Assembly: GCA_043228905.1 (NCBI GenBank)
Contig: JBHGNT010000011.1
Coordinates: 20,956,001 to 21,020,000, forward strand
DNA from: Azolla caroliniana
Taxonomy: Eukaryota; Plantae; Polypodiophyta
Length of the DNA: 64,000 bases
Reading direction: 5' to 3'
A model generated the notes under the pieces. It did not search any database. It had not been told where the DNA came from and worked only from the letters and a program-made list of their open reading frames with translations. The first letter of the stretch is position 1; each line of letters opens with the position of its first letter. Positions 1-11,500 of this stretch are shown here, piece after piece. The position numbers and the translations under genes are program-made.

Positions 1-190
1 CCCACACATTGTTTGAACTTTGAGTCAAAGAAGAGTTAATTGTTGTCTTCAAAAAGATTGTATAATTCAAGAAGAATGCCAAAATGCATGGAACCAACAC
101 AACAAGTTGAAACCCTATTTTAGATACTTGGGGAAAACTATGGTTCTCTCTAAATCTTCATTTAAAATTGCCCATACTGCCAATATGGGT
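1..190 (-). pseudogene. Duplicated fragment of the PPR pseudogene (copy of ~6219-6401), truncated by a LINE
   Basis: 1-190 aligns by eye with 6219-6401 (cccacacattgtttgaa...ccaatatgggt). Similarity stops abruptly at 190, where LINE RT sequence begins. Confidence 0.7.
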
Positions 191-2405
191 AACCCAAATG
201 TCGATAAATTGATCATTGTGTAATCACTGACCCTCGTCATCCCAAACATTCCAAATCACTCTCCATACAAGAAATAAGACGAGCGTTCATCCAATTTATA
301 TATAACCCTGAAACCAAAGCAAATTGATCCCAAACTTGCATACTCCTTTTAAGATTTTCTTTTGAGGCTTGTAAAAACATAAAAGAATCATCAGCCAATG
401 CTTGTGCCACCAATTGTCCACCATAAGGAAGATGCAAACCCACAATATCACCTCTGGCCGCAAGATTTGACAACATTACTAACAAAGGATGTGTAACAAT
501 AACAAATAACAATGGGCTTAGTTGACATTGTTGCACGAATCTAGTAAGAAATGCTTTCGGAGTAACTCCACCATTAAACATCACATGTGAGGTTGCATTT
601 TGCCCTAGCAAAAAGATAAGTCGACACATACAAGGACCAAACCCCATATTATACATCACACCTAAGAGGAAAGACATTAACATGACCATATGCTTTTTCC
701 AAATCTAATTGCACCATAACCATTTCTTGATGTGTATGTCGAGCATAATCAGTACACATCCTTTGTTAGTAATGTTGTCAATCTTGCGGCCAGTGGTGAT
801 ATTGTGGGTTTGCATCTTCCTTATGGTGGACAATTGGTGGCACGAGCATTGGCTGATGATTCTTTTATGTATTAACAAGCCTCAAAAGAAAATCTTAAAA
901 GGAGTATGCAAGTAAACCAAAGCAAATTTATCCCAAACTTGCATACTCCTTTTAAGATTTTCTTTTGAGGCTTGTAAAAACATAAAAGAATCATCGACCA
1001 ATGCTTGTGCCACCAATTGTCCACCATAAGGAAGATGTAAACCCACAATATCACCACTGGCTGCAAGTTTTGACAACATTACTAACAAATGATGTGTAAC
1101 AATAACAAATAACAATGGGCTTAGTGGACATCCTTGCCGCATGTATCTAGTAAGAAACACTTTCAGAGTAACTCCACCATTAAGCATCACACGCAAGGTT
1201 GCATTTTGCCCTAGCAAAAAGATAAGTCGACACATATGAGGACCAAACCCCATATTATACATCACGCCTAAGAGGAAAGACCAATTAACATGATCATATG
1301 CTTTTTCCAAATCTAATTGCACCATAACCATTTCTTGATGTGTATGTCGAGCATAATCGGTAGCCATTTGAACATTTAAAACATTATGCAATATATTTCT
1401 ACCTGTAATATAACCATATTGAGATGGATGAATAAGTTAAGATAAGAACTTTTGAAGTCTGATGGATAATAACTTTGCAAATACTTTGTACAACCCTCCC
1501 ATCAATGAAATAGGCCTCCATTGATGAACTGACTCCGGAGATGGTACCTTTGGTATCAATTTGATTAAGACCACCTTCTAGCTCTCAGGCATGAAACTAG
1601 AATCCCAACATTGTTGAAACATTTGTGTGAATGGACTCTTAAGCATGCCATCATACTTCTTAAAAATTTCATTTGTAACACCATCCCAACCAAGGCTTTT
1701 ACCATTTGGAAGGTGTAACAATACCTTTTCCACCTCAGCTTCTTCAAAATAAGCATCCAATTCTTGACAAATATTTGTATTCACCACACACCCAATTACA
1801 CTATAAAACTTGTCGTGCTTTCAACACATCCTCATTAAAATAATCAACTTTGGCCCAATCAAATTCTTAAAATGAGTAATACATAACTCAATAACCGTGA
1901 TTGGGTTCTACAACAATGTCATCCCCTATCTTAATTTATACTACATTTGAACGAGCATATGGTGGTCTTAATCCTTAAAAAACCATATGAGATTGTGATT
2001 GATTATCTATAAATCCCTCCTTTTATTGACGTAGTCTTGTTTGTTGATAACTTTGACAAGGCAAATTCTTCATAATGTCCTATACTTGAACTTGAACATC
2101 CAAAAGCTCTTTATCATGCGGATTATTTATCAATAGTGCATTGCATCGCGTAAGAATATATGAAAACTTATCAATCAATTTCTTACGTCTTTTAGCATTA
2201 GTCATACCATACATATGATGAATATCATTGATCTTTTGTAGTATTGTATCCCATGCATGCCATCCTTAATAACTTGTTCTGAAAACATGCCAAAAATTTG
2301 TTGCATATAGGCATCAAATAAGGAATGTAATAATAACGAAGAATTAATCCTCAAAGGAACTCGATCGAGCAATATTTTGTACATATCTACCCCATGTTTA
2401 GTAAC
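190..2405 (-). mobile_element. L1-type LINE ORF2 fragment (post-endonuclease linker + reverse transcriptase), degenerate and internally triplicated
   Basis: Minus-strand ORFs carry RT motifs: PNGKSLGWDG (1578-1787 region), LDLEKAYDHVNWSFL, RQGCPLSPLLF, ADDS and RHLGYP near 200. PLRINSSLL near 2340 resembles the linker just after the endonuclease. Multiple stops and frameshifts. Confidence 0.9.
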
Positions 2406-4393
2406 AAGCCCTACATTCTGTTGGCTTAATCATGGGGAGCCCATTCGTTACTTAGGTTGTCTTGTTGGTATAGATTTACCATTTGAAGTGATGTTATCAC
2501 CATTGCTATTATCAATCAAGCGTAAGTTGGTATATTGGGACTCGTAGCAGTTATCCTTTGCAGGTCCGGTTGTCATTGCAAATTCGGTGTTGCTGGCCTC
2601 AATGTGGTTTATTGCATCTGCTTGGTTGTTCTCTAGGTTGGCAATTATGAAAGTTCAAAGCCTCATACGTAACTTCCTCTAGGGTGGAAAAAATGAGTCT
2701 CGTGCAGTGGCCAAGGTGGCATGGGATGTTTTGATTAGGCCAAAAAGCCAGGGAGGGTTGGCTTTAATAGATCCCTTGATACAATCTCGAGCTCTCTTGA
2801 CAAAGTTTGTAGTCAAAGGATTGTTGCTAGGGACAGAGGCATGGAAGGGTATGTTGCTTAATATGTCGATGCAATTATGTCCCAAGACGGGAGGAAACAG
2901 GTTGCCTTCTTTGAAATGGATGTTCTTGACAGATGTACAGACACTGAGACGACATCTAACATCCAATAGATTTCTCATGGGAATCGTTAGAGCATGGGAT
3001 GTAATCAAGATTTTTTTACACAAGCAGATGCCTAACACGTGGGATGGTTGGATGAATCAGCCGCTTTTGGCTAATTCTCTCGTCCAGGATTCTATTGGAA
3101 ATGTATTGGGCCTTAGACCTCGTCTTGCATGGGGAAACCTTGAGAATGGGCCAACAACATCAATAGGATCATGGATTCATTTTCATTAGATGCTAGAAGT
3201 GGATCAACTTAAGTAGTTACACTCGATATATGGGGCCAAGACAATGACAATGGATATTTCAGCGACCTTCTCACATGCCTCAACGCGACTTCAGCCATTG
3301 TAGGAGCATATGTGGTTTGGTTGCCTTATGAATGGCATGATGCCCTTTGTTAAAGGAATTTCTTCAGATGGGTGTATTTTTTATTTCCATATTCAACGGG
3401 ATAATAAATTGCAGCCTTATACACCGTCTGATAATTTACTACAAAACCTACTACTCATTGTTCCAGTTATGGTGATTGTCAAAACTGGTAAGAAATGGCT
3501 CTTGTATCCACAACCGTCAATAGCTCATTTGTGGGATATGCTTTGGTTATATGCACGACAGCCAGTTAATAGGCTGATGTGGGACCTAGGGGGATGGTTT
3601 TGGACAAGTCCCATGATGGATCCAATATAGAAAGTTCTGTTCTTTTAGTATACTGTGAAATTCGGTAGAACCTTACTCATGTCTAAGAATATTCCAACCC
3701 TTGCGGTTCAAAAGCACTGGAATAAGTGAGGTGTTTCAAGCAATCATTTGAAGGCTTATTGGAAATGGATTTGGTCTTTTAGGGGACCAACAAAATACAT
3801 TCTCTTCATATGACTTTTACTACATGCAACACTACCAATAGGTCAGTCATTGAAAGGAAATGTAGTAACCATTCTTAGACAATGTAGTTATTGCGGTGAC
3901 TTTCAGGGAACTACCAAGCATGTTCTCTGGTCATGTTCACTAGCCCAACAGGTATGGAATAAAGCTCTTTCTTTATTATTGACAATTAATGCAGGTTGCC
4001 TCTTCTCCTAGGGATCAGCAGTATGGGGGGTTCTCCATTCCGGTCTCTTATTGTATGAGGCACATGATGCTCCAAAGGCTAAGACAGTCATCAACATGCA
4101 TCTAATATTTGTCTCCCCTTTTCAACAACCTCGAAAGCAAATGTGTGCAACCCATGCACGGAAAACAGTATCTACGGTTACATTATGGACCTTATGGAGG
4201 TATCGTTGTAAAAGACGATATGATTCCATAATTCCCCTTCTCTTTGATATATTGTCGAAATTATGGGAGAGCTTATTGGCGATAGTGCGTGGGCAATATG
4301 ACAATATGTCAAGCTCTTCGGAGGTTGTTCTTAAGAAAAGGAAAAAATTACTGCAGTTATGGTGGAAGTTGCCTCTATTCATGGTCTCCTCTC
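2406..4393 (+). mobile_element. L1-type LINE ORF2 C-terminal half (RT thumb to zf-RVT), degenerate
   Basis: PIRYLG at ~2440; AKVAWDVLIRPKSQGGLALID (2707-3189); zinc finger QCSYC...TTKHVLWSC at ~3880-3940; LWTLWRYRC at ~4185. Confidence 0.85.
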
Positions 4394-4730
4394 TATCAGG
4401 AATAGTACTGAGACAAAAAAGAAATTAGTACTAAGAGAGGAATATTAGTACTAAGAAGAATAGAGGGTGTAGAACACTCGAGAGAAGGAGAGAGTGAGAG
4501 ATCGAGGGAGAGAAAATGATGATGACAACAATATATTTCTCAGGAGTAGTCCTGAAGCTTCTAGAATGTTCCAGAGAAATCTGGAATATACATTAATTTT
4601 CTATAGTAAAACTTAAATAAAAATAATATTTTACATATTACAATAGATAGTGTAATGGTCAATAGCTCAACTTATGTAACATAAGGTCATGGGTTCGAGT
4701 CTTGCTATATCATGACACTATCCCCCCTTT
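4394..4730 (-). mobile_element. 3' LTR with adjacent polypurine tract of an LTR retrotransposon, containing a tRNA-like segment
   Basis: Minus strand reads aaaggggggatag (PPT, 4718-4730), then TGTCA at 4717. The other end is tatca (decayed TGTCA) at 4394. Pol III A-box tagtgtaatgg (4648-4658) and B-box ggttcgagtc (4692-4701) lie on the + strand. Confidence 0.6.
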
Positions 4731-4734
4731 AAAA

Positions 4735-5110
4735 TGATGAGTGTCACGAGTCGTTTTGGATTGAGGAGGCAAGGCATTGGGGCACAAGTGATGTGAGTGG
4801 TCGGTTATGCACACTTTGCTCTAAACAAGTTCGAGAGTCTGAGGATCACACTTTGATACAATGCTCTGCCTTTGATCATATTTGACCATGCATTCCACAT
4901 CTCTTCGACCAAGCCCAATCCTTGCATGAATTCCTCTCACAACCACAATCTCTCGATTGCAACATTCGTTGGTAAAGTTCTTGAACATCGAGAGTCACTA
5001 CTCACTTTCACACGTATCACGTGAAATGTAATATTTTGGTGTCATAGGTCATATTTCACCTCCGAATAAGATAATATAATCTACCTATCTATCTATCTCT
5101 CTCTCTCTAA
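4735..5110 (+). mobile_element. RTE-like LINE 3' fragment (C-terminal CCHC finger and microsatellite tail)
   Basis: Translates as RLCTLCSKQVRESEDHTLIQCSAF, the same finger type as RICRLC..EDEYHFTCKC in the element at 35056-38153. Ends in (atct)n/(ct)n at ~5080-5108. Confidence 0.55.
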
Positions 5111-5889
5111 GATTCACACATTCCATAATTATGTTTTTTGGAATCAATTTTGATATTAAATGTAGAATGTGAGCATTGATGTAGCTAAGCTAACTAAAGA
5201 ATAAGATAGTATACTTCTTATTGAAACTTGCATAAGGATACCTGAAGAATTTAAATTTTGACAATACATATTGTACACACTTTGATATTGGCAAAAGATC
5301 CAAGACAACAAAGAGGGCATGTTAAATTGAGAGGTATTGAAATATTATGTTTCTGTTGTACACATGACAAACATAACATATGCATATGGCTAAAAATAGT
5401 GATACCAAACAACATTTCCACTTTTATAATTAGACGCTACATTCATCAACATTATTCTTAACTTTTATGGTTGTATGATTGTATGCTACACTCTTCATTT
5501 TTAGAAGATGGCATTGCTTATCTCAAAGCCAAGGGAGAGGTTATAGTCTTTGATGGCATGGATGCCCATACAAGTATTTCATCACTACACATGTTTTTCG
5601 AATCATACAGGCTAGCCAAGGACCCTCTAAGGAGTTTAGTGTAAGCTCCCCATGGACAAATGCCCAAACAAAATCGTGAATGAATGCATGTAAGCTTTCT
5701 TCTCAAATGACAAGTATGGGATGACAGTCGACACCATTGTATCAAACAAAGTAGAAAAGGTGACAAAAGTACCTAATACAACAATACAATTGAGGATGTT
5801 ATACCCCTCCCTTTCTTTTTCTTTCTTTTTCTAAACAACATATCCTTCCATTAGTTTTAAAAAGGCATATCAGCTACAAAATCAAAATA

Positions 5890-6990
5890 GATAGAAAGGA
5901 AGTGACAATCCTTCCCAATCCTGTATTGTGTAAGACAATGGGTAGCCATGGATCCTTCGTTTAATGAAATTGATTGAGCACTTCCTCAAATTTCCCATTC
6001 TCAGCATATCCTACAATCAGTGCATTCCAAGAGACATGTTCTTGGACCGAAAGCATGTTAAATACTACAGGTGCCTCGACAAGAGATCTATATTTCACAT
6101 GCATATCTAAACAAGTATGAAACAAGTCTTTGCATATGCTCAAAGAGGGATAGTTTTGTGTTACTATATCCATGTTCCCACATATCCCTGATACCACAGT
6201 AAGCAAGTCCTTCATATTCCCACACATTGTTTGAATCAAAGAAGAGTTAATTGTTGTCTTCAAAAATATTGTATAATTCCAGAAGAATGTCAAAATACAT
6301 GGAACCAACACAACAAGTTGAAACCCTATTTCCAACACTTGGGGAAATTTATGGTTCTCTTTAAATCTCCATTTAAAATCGTCCATGCTACCAATATGGG
6401 TCCACAGATCATACCATTACACCACATAAGAGTAGTTGACCCATGCAATTATAATGCTCAATACTTGGTTGAATGCGAAATTGATCTTTCATCAAATTGA
6501 AGTAATCATACCCTTCTTCAAAGTTTCCTACATGATTGCAAGCTGACAAAGTACTAGTAAATGCAACATCAACTAGAATTAATCCCTATTGTTCCATCTC
6601 TTTCAGGCAATGCTTGATACTATATGCATACTATGTAGAGTGACGTCCATGAAACCACACAATGAAATGGCAGTATATTGAACATTCAATGAAACTCTTC
6701 CAATTGTCCACATGTTGCATACATGTTAATGAGCAAATTGCCTATGGCAACATCAGAATCAAATCCATTTCTTATAGCTTGATCATGTATATGACTTGAC
6801 TGTTTCACATCTCCCATCAATCCACAAGTTTTTAGCATGCAAAAAGATGTGACTTTGTCAGCTTTAACCCCTTCTATTTGCATTTTTCAGAAATTTCAAA
6901 GCTGAAAAATCTTTATTATTCCACGTATACCTAGAAATCATTGTGTCGTAAGACACCACATCCCCCACATCTAGTTTGTCTTTCCTACTT
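5890..6990 (-). pseudogene. Pentatricopeptide-repeat (PLS-class) pseudogene
   Basis: ORF pieces VFNMLSVQEHVSWNALIVGYAENG and MQIEGVKADKVTSFCMLKTCG...IHDQAIRNGFDSDVAIGNLLINMYATCG are typical PLS PPR motifs, broken by stops and frameshifts. Confidence 0.8.
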
Positions 6991-8556
6991 TCATCTTCCC
7001 CCACTTTTAATTATTTGGCATGAATACAATCCTCCCCCACCACCCTCACTTCCACCCTCATCACCACAATTGTTGCAAAGGCACCTCCATTGGTGACACT
7101 AGTTGTGCATCGCCTATTGATGTCATTGGGATGATCAACTCACTCTTGAACAAGTGAGACAAGGAGGAAGATTGATAAGTCACCAAACATGTGATACCCA
7201 AAATATATACATGTATACACACTTATGCATATACATATATTTACATATAAAAGCAAAATATATCACTTGATAATAATCAACATGGGTTGAAATTCTTGAT
7301 GTTACACAGAATGATTATCTACACATTGTCATTGGCACAAAGCTTGAAACTCAATGACACAAATAATTCAACGACCAAGTATATTTTGATTACAATATTA
7401 TTGTATGAGTCAGCTTTTAGCAAGAAGATGATAGTTGCACAAAGAGAGACAGTTTCTTGCTCAAGAGACACAACTTTTCATTTACTGGCTGAACCTTCTT
7501 TACAGTTTTCAGTTACCTATTTTATCGTTAGGTTAATTGAGTGTTCACACTAGAGATAAAATGTGGGTAGAGTGCGACTTTTATCCTAACACATTTAACA
7601 AGGTAGCTAACATAACCCTCAAATTCTCCCTTGGCATAGGCCCATGGGAAATTCACTTCAACGTCACATAACACTTGCTTGATGGGTATACAACATTGAA
7701 ACAAGATATCTGATCATGTGGATATTGTAAGTTATCATCAAATTCCATTTCTCAATGAGAACATCTAATAAGTGCTTAATTTATTGAGTGACGACATCCA
7801 ACTCATCTCATGCGTCTTCACCTACTAGGAAATATGTCAACGATTTACTGCAAAATAGACAAATCAATTAAATTAAAAGAAAAGAGAGACATTCCTTTGA
7901 GCACTCATAACTGCTCCTCCACTTATCTTGCCTACCAGTGGTTAGGTGGGTCATATTTGAAGTTGTTCTACTGTCTACCACCCGCTTATAGGCAAGACAA
8001 GTGGAGGAGGTTGTCTGGCTTGTCGAGCTTTAATTCATTATGTGGATAGTAAACAAATGGACCTTATAGGTGTAAACAAAGTTAAGACATTAAGAAAGAT
8101 ATTCAATCAACTAGGATAACCTTAATAAATATGTAATGACTTGAAGAACATACATATATCAAAAGCAGGGGGCGAGCAACAGTAGGATACAACAGACGAC
8201 GCTCTATGCAGTAGGAGAGTGGAGGTTACAGCAGAGAGGAAAGACAGTGAATCGCTGCAACAGAGAGAGGGGGGGGAAACAACGAGGAATACCAGTTTCC
8301 TCTCTCTCACTCACTCGATCACACACACCAAACTCTCTCCCCACACACTACTAAGTGGAAGACCAGTTTTGGCCTTTTCACACTTACCATTTATGGGGGA
8401 TACATGTATAACAATCTCCCACGAAAAGGCCTAAACTAGGAGTACGAATAATGGTAGGTTGAGTTGTACAAGACCTTGACCTATACCTCCCACCTGATGG
8501 GCATGTTACACAATGTGCACAACAAGTCTGTAACGTAAGGCACTAAGTGACTCCCA

Positions 8557-11500
8557 TCAAGTGACAACAATGCTCCAACGCATCTTGTGGTAAGGCCTGG
8601 TCAATGCATATGCGGCATTTTCGCTAGAAACAACCTTCTCAAGCCTAATGCAACCATTAGCTAAGCATTCACGAATGAAATGGTGTCGCAGTCCAATGTG
8701 CTTGGTTTTTGCATGATATATTGGGTTCTTAGCCAAAGCAATGGCACTTTGACTATCACAAAACAATTTGGGTACATGTTGTGGTATACCCATGTCACTA
8801 GCTAATCGAGACAACCAAATTTCTTCCGTACATGCCTCACTGGCTGCAACATACTTAGCCTCTATAGTTGACAACACAACACATTCTTGGAGACAGGATC
8901 TCCAAGCAATGGCACCTCCCATAATTTGAAAAATGTACCCTGAAGTAGATTTCCTACTATCAACACATCCAACATAATCTGAATCTATGTATCCGATGAT
9001 AGAGACATCACCTCTACCCAAGCATAGACATTTATCTTTAGTGCCACTCAGATATCTCATTATCAATTTGAGTGCATCCCAATGTTTCTTACCAGGATTT
9101 GACATGAATCGACCTACCGCTCCCTCCGCAAATGCAATGTCTGCTCTAGTAGCCACCATGGCATACATGATGACTACCAATCGCAGATTGATAAGGAACC
9201 TTGGTCATGAATTCCTTGTCCTCATCAAATGTGGGGCAATCACATGTGCTCAGCTTTACATATGTAGGCAATGGAGTGCTCAACGGCTTTGCATTCTCCA
9301 TATTAAACCTCTTCAGTACTTTGGATACGTTGTCTCGTTATTACGCGCGTGCGTGGAGAAAGGCGGGACCACGGGGGTCTTGGACTAGGGAGTGTTGGAG
9401 CGTAGGAAGTCGAGCTTCACCATTCCCGGGGCATCCCAGAAGCACACCGGAAGCAACCGAAGGGAGAGAGAGAGAGAGAGCGTGCTTAACACCGACTTAC
9501 GCACACACTCACACACACACACATGTTGACCCGCCTCACGCCCTTATGTACAGGAAATGCAGGAAAGGGGAAACACCCGACACGAACATAGACGCGAATA
9601 TACACAGACAGACGCAAACGTATATATATGTATAAACAGAAGAATACATTCCCCGCTTCGAGCCGGACTGAGGCAGGTTACAATAGTCGTCTGCTGCCAA
9701 GCCGCCGTCGGAGAGCTCACGGGCTCGTCGCGCCGAGCGGGGTCTTGCACAGGAGGCCGCCAAAGCAAACCCTAAGCAGAACACGAAGGGGAAGAAGAAG
9801 AAGAAGAAGAAGAAGAAGAAGAAGCTAACCCTAAACCTAACGGTATACCCTCTAATGCAAAATGGGCAACCCTTTTACAAAGGGCGTTCCCTTCCTTTTA
9901 TAGAACAAGGAAAGGGATGCGTTACAATGTGGGACAAATCCCAACTTACATGGGATCGTCTGTCCCGACCTGACTACTCTTCGGCGCCATAAAGGCGCCC
10001 TCGATATTCACACTAAATGTACACGGGTTCGTACACACGCTGCACCCCGCCGATGTAGACAATGTTTCCCGGTTTCCGCCTCTGGCCGAAATTCTTCACG
10101 ACAACGTACTCAACCTGAGACAAGTAAATGCATCGCTTACTCCTATCACAAGTAATACACATACTAAGAATATGTTTTTCGTCTCCCAAATCCTTCATGT
10201 CAAAAGTCTGGCTCAAGTTTTTCTTCAACAAGGATAACTCATCCTTGTTTTTACCAACGATAAGCATATCATCAACATAGAGTATCAACATAATGGAACT
10301 CTCATCTGAACATTTTTTCATATAAAGACATGCATCCTCATTGCTTCTGGTATATCCTTGAGTCTTCATAAAAGCATCAAACTTCTAGTACCACAATCTG
10401 GGGGACGGCTTAAGCCCATACAAACTCTTCTTGAGTTTACATACCAAATGTTCTTTTCCTGAGACTTCATGACCTTCTGGTTGTTCTATATAAATATCCT
10501 CATCAAGGTTCCCATGTAAAAAGGCAATCTTCACATCCATTTGGACTAATTCCAAATCTTGATTTGCAACCAATGAAAGTAACATGCGTAATGTAGTCAT
10601 CTTAACTACAGGATAGAAGGTTTCATCAAAATCAACTCCATGTTCTTGCTTGAAACCTTTGGCTACCAAGCGCGCTTTATACTTTGGGGAAACACTAACA
10701 AACGTATACTTGTATTTGTATAACCACTTGCATGGTAATGCTTTCCTGTCCTTTGGCAAAGGTACTAAATCCCAAGTACCATTCTTATAAATACTATCCA
10801 ATTCACTTTGCATGGCATGCTCCCACTTAGCATGATCACTATCCAACATAGCTTCTTTATAGCAAGAGGGTTCACCTGTATCCGTTAACAGTGAGCTTAG
10901 CAGGTGGCCTAGAGACACGAGTATATCGTCTCACTGGTTGTTGAACCGGAGTCGGACTGAATTCAAGTTGTACACATGCATCCTCATTTTTAACATCCTC
11001 ATATGGGTGAACATTTGTAGGACTTTTCGGCATAGGTGTGGAATTATTCTTTTGCACACTAATAGAGGGTGTAACATCTTGAAATGCCACTTTCCTCACT
11101 TCCACTTCCTTAATTGGTTGCTTATGCATAATCTTTTCATTGAAAACGACATCACTACTTCTGACTATAGTGCACGTTTTGGGGTCCCATAAGCGATATC
11201 CAAACTGACCATCTATTCCATAGCCAAGAAAAATACATTTTCTGCTTTTGAAATCCAGTTTTTGCCTTAACTGTTTTGGAACATGAACATATGCTTCACA
11301 TCCAAACACTCTTAGATGATCATAGTGAGGGGGTTTTTCTGTCCACAACTCGTGTGCCACTTTCAAGCCTTTAACAGTACTAGGTGATAGATTAATCACA
11401 TGAACAACAGTCCGAACTGCTTTTGCCCAAAAACCTTGCGGAAGGTTTGCATGATGCAACATAGAAACAACTCTATCTTGGATGGTTCTATTCATCGTTT

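Noticed and set aside
4641-4712. Functional tRNA gene
   Set aside because: A and B boxes are present but the acceptor and T stems do not pair; kept only as a tRNA-like LTR module.
9201-9828. GC-rich ORFs on both strands
   Set aside because: They fall in the nested solo LTR or antisense to copia RT, include simple repeats, and show no recognisable motifs.
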